From positions 17,780 to 81,779 of the forward strand of contig DAOTVU010000040.1 of NCBI GenBank assembly GCA_034436215.1: 64,000 nucleotides of DNA. Direction: 5' to 3'. Numbering within the stretch: position 1 is the first letter of the stretch; each line of letters opens with the position of its first letter. Positions 56,779-64,000 of the stretch are shown here, in pieces. Source of the DNA: Dehalococcoidia bacterium (GTDB lineage Bacteria; Chloroflexota; Dehalococcoidia; GIF9; UBA5629). Position numbers and translations under genes: made by a program. The notes below the pieces were generated by a model that saw nothing but the letters and a program-made list of their open reading frames with translations, had not been told where the DNA came from and made no database searches.

Positions 56779-58131
56779 ATGCAGAAAAAATTTTTTGCAC
56801 TAATAATGTTGGTAGCGGTAATTTTATCACCTGCAGTTTTCATAAACTGTGGAACGACGCAACCGGAAGATAAGACACCGATAGTCATGGGATACGTTGG
56901 AGCAAACAGCATACCTATGATCAAAGCTTGCGCTGACGCTCACAAAATCGCCATTGATGAAGTCAATGCAGCAGGCGGAATCCTGGGGAGAAAGGTCGAG
57001 CAGATAGTGATCGACGCAAAGGCTCAACCAAATCTATGTGTGGATGGCGTTACCAGATTACTGACAGAGCATCATGCCATGGCTGTTAATGTCATTCCCA
57101 TGTCCGATCTTACGCTTGTTTCTATGGATAAGGCATCTAAGCTCTTTCATGAATATCCCCATATCTTCTTTGCCGATGCCTCGGATGAGGCAATCACCAG
57201 ACCCGTGCTAACAGATTATGAGACCTACAAATTTGTTTTCCGTAATCAGATCATGATGCCATCATCGGGATGGCTGATGGATGAAGTACTTGACATGTCC
57301 AAAAACATGATCGGTGCCAAAAAGATCGCCATTCTCTGGGAAGACTCTTCTTATACCAAAGGGTGGCGGGAAGGTGTGCCATCACTGGGAATACCCAAGA
57401 TGAGCGAATATGCAACCAGTAAATATGGACTCGAGGTTGTACTCGAGAAAAGCCTGCAGTGGCGTGCAGGCATGTATCTGCCTGTACTTGAGCTCTGTAA
57501 AATGAATGGAGCCGAAGCTATTATTTACAATGCAGGCCCCAGTTCGGATATCGAGGTTTTTACCAAGCAATGGGCACAGTCCAGTGCCAGAGATATTACA
57601 CCCATCTACTGGTGGGGTGGCACTATGCATTCGAAGGCGTTCTGGCAACTGACAGGTGGATTAGCCCTGGGTTCTATCGGTGTGTATGCGGATCATGACA
57701 TCCCCATCACCAATAAAACTATTCCGTTTAATGAGAAATGCAGGGCACAAGGTACGTTGATAGCCACTACCACAGCTACAGCTTATGAAGATGTCTACTT
57801 TATGAAAGCCGCCATTGAAAAGGTTGGCAATACCAGAGATATCAATGCAATCATTAAAGAGCTTGAAGGCAAAACGGTCGTAGAAGGCGTATCGGCCAAT
57901 AAATGCTACTTCACGGGAGAAAAAATAGCGCCATTCTTCCATTCCCGAGAAATAGTTGATCCTAAAGAACCGATGAAGCACATACCTAACAGCTATTGTT
58001 TTGGATTTGTCCAGTGGCAAAAAGATGGAAAGGTTGCCTACGTAGCTCCAAAGAGCGATCTGCCTCAGTGGGCAAGTTATTCCAATTACAAAAAACCGGC
58101 AGATTTGCGTGCCGAAGCTGGTGTTAAATAA
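56779..58131 (+). CDS. ABC transporter substrate-binding lipoprotein (type I periplasmic-binding fold, branched-chain amino acid / LivJ-like family)
   Basis: Lipobox AVFINCG. The sequence IVMGYVGANSIPMIKACADAHKIAIDEVNAAGGILGRKVEQIVID is the classic Leu/Ile/Val-binding family N-terminus. Confidence 0.8.
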   Translation: MQKKFFALIMLVAVILSPAVFINCGTTQPEDKTPIVMGYVGANSIPMIKACADAHKIAIDEVNAAGGILGRKVEQIVIDAKAQPNLCVDGVTRLLTEHHAMAVNVIPMSDLTLVSMDKASKLFHEYPHIFFADASDEAITRPVLTDYETYKFVFRNQIMMPSSGWLMDEVLDMSKNMIGAKKIAILWEDSSYTKGWREGVPSLGIPKMSEYATSKYGLEVVLEKSLQWRAGMYLPVLELCKMNGAEAIIYNAGPSSDIEVFTKQWAQSSARDITPIYWWGGTMHSKAFWQLTGGLALGSIGVYADHDIPITNKTIPFNEKCRAQGTLIATTTATAYEDVYFMKAAIEKVGNTRDINAIIKELEGKTVVEGVSANKCYFTGEKIAPFFHSREIVDPKEPMKHIPNSYCFGFVQWQKDGKVAYVAPKSDLPQWASYSNYKKPADLRAEAGVK

Positions 58132-58152
58132 AACTATACCGGAGGAATATAA

Positions 58153-58719
58153 ATGACCGTCAATATGGAAAAATTCCTTGTCACCGAAAAGCAGAAAAAC
58201 TTTCCCTGGGATTTCATAGCAGATGCTGATACCTACGAAGTCTGGGATGAAATCGAAATCGGTAAAGAATACGTTGCGCCAATTAAATATGAAGTTAAAG
58301 CAGAGGATATCATCAACTATTCGCAGGCAATCTTAGATGACAACCCTGTTATCTCCGATGAAAAAAAGGCCAAGGAGAGCCCGTTTAAAGGATTGATAGC
58401 ACATCCTCTTTTTCTGACGACTATAGGTTTTTTTTGTATTAGATCAGGCCCCGGTAGCTGGATACGGACACCAGGCGCACGAAATCCGGGCCAAAAGATC
58501 GAATTATACGAGCCCATCAGGCCCGGCGATATCATCACTCTTCACATGAAATCCTATGATAAATGGATTAAACGCGGCAAATACTATATGACATACGAAA
58601 TCAAGTATATCGATCAGCATAACCGTCTCAAGGCGACTATGTGGACCACCCTTATTCTGCCCAGAACAAGGGAGGACATCCGCAAGTTCATGCGCGCCGA
58701 GCACGGGCTGGAGGCCTGA
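58153..58719 (+). CDS. MaoC-like (hot-dog fold) protein, probable non-catalytic partner subunit of a heterodimeric (R)-hydratase/dehydratase
   Basis: Hot-dog fold with DDNPVISDEKKAKESPFKGLIAHPLF. It does not match the Asp/His catalytic pattern of canonical MaoC. Confidence 0.55.
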   Translation: MTVNMEKFLVTEKQKNFPWDFIADADTYEVWDEIEIGKEYVAPIKYEVKAEDIINYSQAILDDNPVISDEKKAKESPFKGLIAHPLFLTTIGFFCIRSGPGSWIRTPGARNPGQKIELYEPIRPGDIITLHMKSYDKWIKRGKYYMTYEIKYIDQHNRLKATMWTTLILPRTREDIRKFMRAEHGLEA

Positions 58720-58742
58720 TTCAATAGACGTCCCTAATTTAG

Positions 58743-59198
58743 ATGAGAGGAGACAAATTTATGAGTAATGTGACATTCAGTTCGGTTAAACTTGAAGAAA
58801 AGCTACCTGAGGTAGTACAGGAAGTCACGCAGGAAAGAATATGGAAGTACGCTGCGGCTTCTCTCGATTTCAATCCCGTGCATATCGATCCGGAATGGGT
58901 GAAGACGGCTCAACCTTTCAGCATACCGGTGACCGTAGCGCATGGTATGATGACCATTTCATTTGTTACATCGGTGTTGACCAACTGGGCATTTCCTTCG
59001 GGTGGCTGGGTTAGAAAGATCGATGTCAAGCTGACCAAACCTGCTCCCCCAGGTACCGTTGAGAAATGTGGAGGTATCGTCACCGAGAAACACCCGCGTG
59101 GGAAAAACCAGAGCTTTGTGGTAGTAGAGGTTTGGGCTGAAAATCAGAATGGCGAAAAACTCGCCGTCGGGACCGCAGAAGTGGTATTACCGGATTAA
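58743..59198 (+). CDS. MaoC-family (R)-specific enoyl-CoA hydratase / dehydratase (hot-dog fold)
   Basis: DFNPVHIDPEWVKTAQPFSIPVTVAHGMMTISFV, the canonical MaoC dehydratase motif. Confidence 0.8.
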   Translation: MRGDKFMSNVTFSSVKLEEKLPEVVQEVTQERIWKYAAASLDFNPVHIDPEWVKTAQPFSIPVTVAHGMMTISFVTSVLTNWAFPSGGWVRKIDVKLTKPAPPGTVEKCGGIVTEKHPRGKNQSFVVVEVWAENQNGEKLAVGTAEVVLPD

Positions 59199-59211
59199 AT
59201 TAAGAGATCAT

Positions 59212-59253
59212 AGCAGCAAAGGGCTGGGCTTTAAAGCCCAGCCCTTTGCTGCT
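59212..59253. terminator. Bidirectional intrinsic terminator: perfect 21+21 nt palindrome (AGCAGCAAAGGGCTGGGCTTT|AAAGCCCAGCCCTTTGCTGCT) between convergent maoC and ftsK
   Basis: Read directly from the sequence. It is a GC-rich ~19-bp stem with a TTAA loop, with U/A-rich flanks on both sides. Confidence 0.7.
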
Positions 59254-59261
59254 GCCGGTAA

Positions 59262-61463
59262 TCAATTTTCTATTTTGCCTTTTTTATCTTTGCCGAAACC
59301 TTCTTCCCTGAGCTTATCCATAAGTCGTGCCGCCCGTGGAAATCCTATTTGAAGCTTACGCTGTAGATAGGAAGCTGAGATCTCCTTAGACTCAAGTGCA
59401 AGCTGGCGGGCAACATCGAGTAATTCATCTTCAACAGGTTTTTTACTCTCGGGTGTCTTCTGGGCCATATCATCGAAATTCACCGTCATGCTATCCTGCC
59501 TTCGCTGTGCAGACCAGAAGTTAACCAGTCGTTCTATCTCAGCATCGCTTACCATAGTTCCCTGAAGGCGTTTGGGTTTGGAAGCATCCTGTGGCATATA
59601 CAACATATCGCCACGACCGAGAAGTTTCTCAGCGCCGGCTGAATCTATAATAGTTCGAGAATCAACCTGTGAAGTAAGTGCAAAACTCAAGCGTGTCGGA
59701 AAATTGGCCTTTATCAATCCGGTTACCACATCAACCGATGGACGCTGTGTAGCCACAATTAAATGTATACCCGTGGCGCGGGAAAGTTGTGCAAGCCTGC
59801 AAAGAGATTGCTGGACTTCATCAAAAGCAGCCATCATCATGTCGGCCAGCTCATCTATAACTACCACAATATAGGGCAAAAATTCCGAGGGATGTTTATC
59901 CCTGTTGTAATCTTCGATATTGCGTGAGCGGGTAGCCGAAAAACGTCTGTAGCGGCTGTCCATTTCAGCCAGTAACCATCGGAGTGCAAGGACTGCTTTT
60001 TCTATATCTACCACAACCGGAGCATATAGATGCGGTATTCCATTGTAATTGACGAGCTCAACCCGCTTGGGGTCTATCAGAATAAAACGGACGTCATCGG
60101 GTGTATTGTTCATCATCAAACAGCAGATAATTGAATTCAGACAGACGCTTTTACCGCTTCCTGTAGCGCCGGCTATCAGCAGATGTGGCATCTTGGCCAG
60201 GTCGGCTACTACCGTCTCGCCGCCAGCCCCTTTGCCCAGCGCTATCGTTAATCTGCTTTTGGCCAGTTGTCTCTGGAAAGCAGTGCTTTCCATCACTCCG
60301 CGCAATCCTACTGAGCCAAAAGTGGTATTGGGAACTTCAATACCCACCATCGATTTACCGGGAACGGGTGCTTCTATCCTTATGCTTGGTGCTGCCAGAG
60401 CCAAAGCAAGATCATTGGCGAGCGAACTGATGCGCTCAACCTTTACCCTTGTTCTCTGTACTTCCTCCGTCCTCACGATTATATTTCCACTACGATCCCT
60501 TTCCCTGATTTCCCTGGTCTTGATATCCCAGCCCGGCTCTACCCCGAACTGGGTAACCGTCGGTCCACGGTTTACTTCGATTACCTTCGCCTGGACTCCA
60601 TAGCTGAGAAGAGCTTCTTCTATAGTTTGACGGCGCTTTTCGATCTCGCTATCGCTTATAACGGTTTCTGCTACTTTATCCAGTATGTTTATATTGGGTA
60701 AAAGCCACCCACCCACCATTATGGTAGAGCGCAGGTGATCCATAACCGCGGTATCGGTAGAAGCAACTGGTTCGGTTTCTCCAGTCTCTCCGCCTGCCTC
60801 TTCGGGCTCATTCACAGTAATCGCAGGCGAAGATTTCCCACCCCGTAAATGCGGTTGTTTTGCAATTTCCACCAGTTCTCTTATTGCTGAGGCGGTACCG
60901 AGTGCGGCGCGCTTTATCAACCTCCCCAGCCACTCCGGTGCTATGAAGAAAACGGAAAGCAAAAACAATCCTCCGATGATAAAAACACCCCACATAACCG
61001 ATTCTGTGGCTATAGCCTGCCCTATATATCCTCCCAGTGTAACCCGGGCAAGAATGCTGGAGCCTGATGGTTTAAAATATGAGAGCAATCCCCATAGCCC
61101 TATCATGAAAGCCGCACTTCCCAGCCAGTAGTTCCAGTAGCGTAAGAACATGCGGGGCCATCCTGCAATAACACATATCCCGATAAATGCTATTATTACG
61201 AAGACTATTCCCAGCCCCATCAACTTAAAAACGGCCAGCCAGGCGTTATTGAGCGCTGATGTAATATCTTTGCCAATCTGGTCTATCCAGTCTGCAATTG
61301 ACGGCCAGAATGCGATGAGCAGACAGATGCCGATTACAAATAGCAGTGCAAGGATGACGGGGCCGGAGAAAAGAAACTTTAGAGAAGAATTGTTTTTTCC
61401 CCTTTTTTTGCCTTTACTTGAAGTTTTTTCTCTGTTGTTTCTCCTGCTTTTATCTGTGGGCAT
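59262..61463 (-). CDS. ftsK: DNA translocase FtsK/SpoIIIE
   Basis: N-terminal 4-TM region and linker. Motor domain with Walker A GATGSGKS. C-terminal gamma winged-helix (ISASYLQRKLQIGFPRAARLMDKLREEG). Confidence 0.9.
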   Translation of the reverse strand: MPTDKSRRNNREKTSSKGKKRGKNNSSLKFLFSGPVILALLFVIGICLLIAFWPSIADWIDQIGKDITSALNNAWLAVFKLMGLGIVFVIIAFIGICVIAGWPRMFLRYWNYWLGSAAFMIGLWGLLSYFKPSGSSILARVTLGGYIGQAIATESVMWGVFIIGGLFLLSVFFIAPEWLGRLIKRAALGTASAIRELVEIAKQPHLRGGKSSPAITVNEPEEAGGETGETEPVASTDTAVMDHLRSTIMVGGWLLPNINILDKVAETVISDSEIEKRRQTIEEALLSYGVQAKVIEVNRGPTVTQFGVEPGWDIKTREIRERDRSGNIIVRTEEVQRTRVKVERISSLANDLALALAAPSIRIEAPVPGKSMVGIEVPNTTFGSVGLRGVMESTAFQRQLAKSRLTIALGKGAGGETVVADLAKMPHLLIAGATGSGKSVCLNSIICCLMMNNTPDDVRFILIDPKRVELVNYNGIPHLYAPVVVDIEKAVLALRWLLAEMDSRYRRFSATRSRNIEDYNRDKHPSEFLPYIVVVIDELADMMMAAFDEVQQSLCRLAQLSRATGIHLIVATQRPSVDVVTGLIKANFPTRLSFALTSQVDSRTIIDSAGAEKLLGRGDMLYMPQDASKPKRLQGTMVSDAEIERLVNFWSAQRRQDSMTVNFDDMAQKTPESKKPVEDELLDVARQLALESKEISASYLQRKLQIGFPRAARLMDKLREEGFGKDKKGKIEN

Positions 61464-61475
61464 AGAATTATTCTA

Positions 61476-63128
61476 CTATACCTCTATAGCAGTTGTAATT
61501 ATCATCGGACGGCGCTTGGTTTGCTCGTAAAAGAATTTACTCAGCATATCCTTGACTCGTGTATGAATGGAACTGTATTCTACTATGTGCCCTTTGCCCA
61601 GGGCATTGGCTACAAGGTCACGACCCCTTTCTATCACAGATCCATCATGTTCGGTATCTACAAATCCGCGTGACACTATGTCCGGTCTTCCTACCAGCTT
61701 ACCTTCCTTTTTATCCAGGGCAACGATCACGACCACTATACCGTCCCGCGATAGCAACTTTCTATCACGCAATATAACAGGCGCGTAACCACCCAGAACC
61801 AGTCCATCAACATAGACGTTGCCGTATGGGAGCTTACCATCGATTCGCCCTTTTTCGCCATCTATCTCCAGTATATTGCCATTTTCCATTACAAATACAT
61901 TGCCCTCCGGCATTCCCATGCTTTTGGCCAGATTGGCATGAATTACCAGATGGCGATATTCGCCATGAATCGGCATAAAGAATTTGGGCTTGATGAGGTT
62001 AATCAGCATTTTGAGTTCTTCCTGGCTTCCATGACCGTGCACATGAACTGTTGAGTGTTCTCCGTAAATTACGTTGGCCCCCTGGCGGAATAGATTATCT
62101 ATAGTGCGGTTAATCAATGCCTCGTTTCCAGGTATGGGTGTAGCAGAAATGACCACCGTATCACCGCGATGTATGCGTATCTCACTGTGATCGTGATTGG
62201 CTATCCTTACCAGTGCTGACGTGGGCTCTCCCTGACTGCCAGTGGTAATGAGAATGACCTGTCTGGGCTTCAGATTTTTAAGCTCCTCGATGCTACACAG
62301 TATTCCGGAAGGTATATTCAGATAGCCCTGATCGGTAGCCATCTTAACCGTATCTTTCATGCTGCGCCCGATAATACAAACGCGCCGACCGTGTTGTTTG
62401 GCGGCATCGATGACCATTTGTATACGCGAAACCAGGGAAGAGAATGTAGCGATGATGACTCGGCCGGATGCATCGCTGATGATACGGTCGAGGGACTCTT
62501 TAACAACTTTTTCTGAAGGCGTATAGCCAGGAAGTTCTGCATAGGTTGAGTCTGCCATCAGCATCAGAACTCCTTCGCTGCCGAGGTGCGCAAGCCTACC
62601 CAGATCGGTGGTTATCCCATCAACCGGCGTATAATCGATTTTAAAATCGCCGCTGTGGACGATAATTCCCAGTGGCGTATAGATAATCAGACCGACGGCA
62701 TCCGGTATACTGTGACAGACGTGAAAAGCTTCTATTTTAAAGCTACCAACCTGGAATTTGACCCCTGGCTGAATCAGCTTGAGTTTGGCCTTAATGAAAG
62801 ACCGATGCTCTCTGAGCTTGACGGAAATAAGCCCCTGGGTTAACCTTGTTGCATAAACCGGAAGGTCAAGCTGCGGCAAAATATAGGGCAGGGCGCCTAT
62901 ATGGTCTTCATGCCCGTGTGTGATAACAATCCCCCGTAATTTCTCCTTATGTTCGAGCAGGTAGCCTATGTCGGGTATGAGGAGATCGACTCCCAGCATT
63001 TCATCTTCGGGGAACATCAAACCGGCATCGATGATGACTATATCATCGGCGTACTCGATGGCCATCATGTTTTTGCCTATTTCACCGAGTCCGCCCAGAG
63101 GTATTATCTTTAATTTAGAGCGGGTCAT
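61476..63128 (-). CDS. rnj: Ribonuclease J
   Basis: MBL HxHxDH motif (ITHGHEDHIGALP), a beta-CASP region and a C-terminal domain. 550 aa. Confidence 0.9.
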   Translation of the reverse strand: MTRSKLKIIPLGGLGEIGKNMMAIEYADDIVIIDAGLMFPEDEMLGVDLLIPDIGYLLEHKEKLRGIVITHGHEDHIGALPYILPQLDLPVYATRLTQGLISVKLREHRSFIKAKLKLIQPGVKFQVGSFKIEAFHVCHSIPDAVGLIIYTPLGIIVHSGDFKIDYTPVDGITTDLGRLAHLGSEGVLMLMADSTYAELPGYTPSEKVVKESLDRIISDASGRVIIATFSSLVSRIQMVIDAAKQHGRRVCIIGRSMKDTVKMATDQGYLNIPSGILCSIEELKNLKPRQVILITTGSQGEPTSALVRIANHDHSEIRIHRGDTVVISATPIPGNEALINRTIDNLFRQGANVIYGEHSTVHVHGHGSQEELKMLINLIKPKFFMPIHGEYRHLVIHANLAKSMGMPEGNVFVMENGNILEIDGEKGRIDGKLPYGNVYVDGLVLGGYAPVILRDRKLLSRDGIVVVIVALDKKEGKLVGRPDIVSRGFVDTEHDGSVIERGRDLVANALGKGHIVEYSSIHTRVKDMLSKFFYEQTKRRPMIITTAIEV

Positions 63129-63134
63129 CGCATC

Positions 63135-63731
63135 TTAAAAGAGGCTCAATTGAGCGGGATGGTCTTTTTCCTGCTCCATAGCATTTGCTTCAGCCAGGAC
63201 AGCAGGCAGCTTCATGATATCGGCCTCGATAATTTTACGCAGATTAGCCTGGTGCAGAGCTGCAGCAGGGTGATACATGGCAAAATAAATCGTGCCCCCT
63301 ATACGTTTAGCTCTGCCGTGGATTTTACTTATACTTTCGCCGGGGAAGTATCTGGCCATGGAATAACGCCCCAGCGTAACTATTACCTTCGGCTTGATTA
63401 TCTCTATCTGTCTATCAAGCCATTTGCTACAGGCAAGAATCTCACCTGGCAGAGGGTCACGGTTCTCGGGCGGACGGCACTTTACAACATTGGCGATAAA
63501 AACCTGGTTGCGCTTCATGCCTATCATGCCTATCAGCTGTTCAAGGTACTGCCCGGCCGATCCCACAAATGGCCTGCCTGACTGATCTTCATACCATCCT
63601 GGGGCTTCACCTATGAAAAGCAGACTTGCGTTATCAGGGCCCTCGCCAGGTACAACCTTTGTGCGGTGTCTGGATAGATCGCAATCTTTACAACGTTCTA
63701 TTTCCGCATGTAGTTCTACGAGTGATGACAT
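63135..63731 (-). CDS. Uracil-DNA glycosylase, family 4 (Fe-S containing UdgA-type)
   Basis: N-terminal Cys cluster (CKDCDLSRHRT...), the GEAPG motif (FIGEAPGWYEDQSGRPFVGSAG) and C-terminal HPAAALH. Confidence 0.85.
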   Translation of the reverse strand: MSSLVELHAEIERCKDCDLSRHRTKVVPGEGPDNASLLFIGEAPGWYEDQSGRPFVGSAGQYLEQLIGMIGMKRNQVFIANVVKCRPPENRDPLPGEILACSKWLDRQIEIIKPKVIVTLGRYSMARYFPGESISKIHGRAKRIGGTIYFAMYHPAAALHQANLRKIIEADIMKLPAVLAEANAMEQEKDHPAQLSLF

Positions 63732-63788
63732 CTAAAAGCAATCATAACATATGGTATTTTAACGGTCAATTCAAACCCGTTGTAAAAC

Positions 63789-64000
63789 TCATTTCATAAC
63801 AAACAGCAAAACAGCGCTCACTATGACCATTGTCAGCGATACGGCAGATATAACAGCAGGCTTTTTCTGGCCTTCAGCAATGAAATGTATGAGTGATACG
63901 AGAAGGACTACCTGCGGCAGAAGAAGCATGATCACCAGTCCGGTTGTGATCAAGGCAGATGGTGATAGCTCTATCAGCTTTCCGAGTAACGAAGGCAGCG
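63789..64000 (-). CDS. C-terminal fragment of a membrane protein whose gene continues beyond the window's 3' edge (partial)
   Basis: Minus-strand frame open from 64000 to the TGA at 63789. The translation is strongly hydrophobic (...LVIMLLLPQVVLLVSLIHFIAEGQKKPAVISAVSLTMVIVSAVLLFVMK*). Confidence 0.3.
   Translation of the reverse strand, partial: LPSLLGKLIELSPSALITTGLVIMLLLPQVVLLVSLIHFIAEGQKKPAVISAVSLTMVIVSAVLLFVMK

Noticed and set aside
1-64000. Searched for CRISPR arrays, tRNA genes (other than tmRNA), rRNA, IS elements, integrases, and toxin-antitoxin pairs
   Set aside because: There are no regularly spaced direct repeats and no GTTCGAATCC-type tRNA T-arms in the intergenic regions. No transposase or integrase motifs (DDE, tyrosine recombinase R..H..R..Y) appear in any ORF. 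Intergenic gaps are too short or too AT-rich and unstructured for rRNA.

Overview
Chromosomal segment from an anaerobic bacterium of unknown lineage, roughly mid-40s % GC by eye. It is a monoderm-like genome, with many lipobox lipoproteins and a ytfJ/GerW homologue. Housekeeping genes fill the 3' two thirds of the window: a porGDAB 2-oxoacid:ferredoxin oxidoreductase operon, menA/menG, comEC/comEA, smpB followed by a clear tmRNA gene, yebC-ruvC-ruvA, uvrB, ftsK, rnj and a family-4 UDG. The first ~20 kb is an accessory-looking locus I read as a synthase-dependent exopolysaccharide or cell-surface glycan system. It contains two QxxRW-type GT2 synthases, an NAD-dependent sugar-nucleotide epimerase/dehydratase and a two-domain deacetylase-like lipoprotein. 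It also has a GH clan-A lipoprotein, two TPR lipoproteins, two BNR/Asp-box beta-propeller proteins (one of 1228 aa) and a GH3 beta-glucosidase. The locus is headed by the most unusual gene in the window. That gene is 5'-truncated by the window edge and encodes a receiver (REC) domain, a Pro/Gln-rich linker, a C4 zinc-ribbon cluster and two tandem catalytically degenerate Mrr-like restriction-endonuclease-fold domains. Other atypical architectures are a single-chain BC-BCCP-CT acyl-CoA carboxylase, an alpha/beta-hydrolase fused to an 8-TM domain, an S1 protease fused to a thioredoxin domain, a tandem HxlR regulator carrying two zinc ribbons, and a yebC-ruvCA operon followed by uvrB rather than ruvB. 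I found no CRISPR array, no tRNA other than the tmRNA, and no obvious transposase or integrase. All calls come from reading the translations and motifs by eye; no database search was run.
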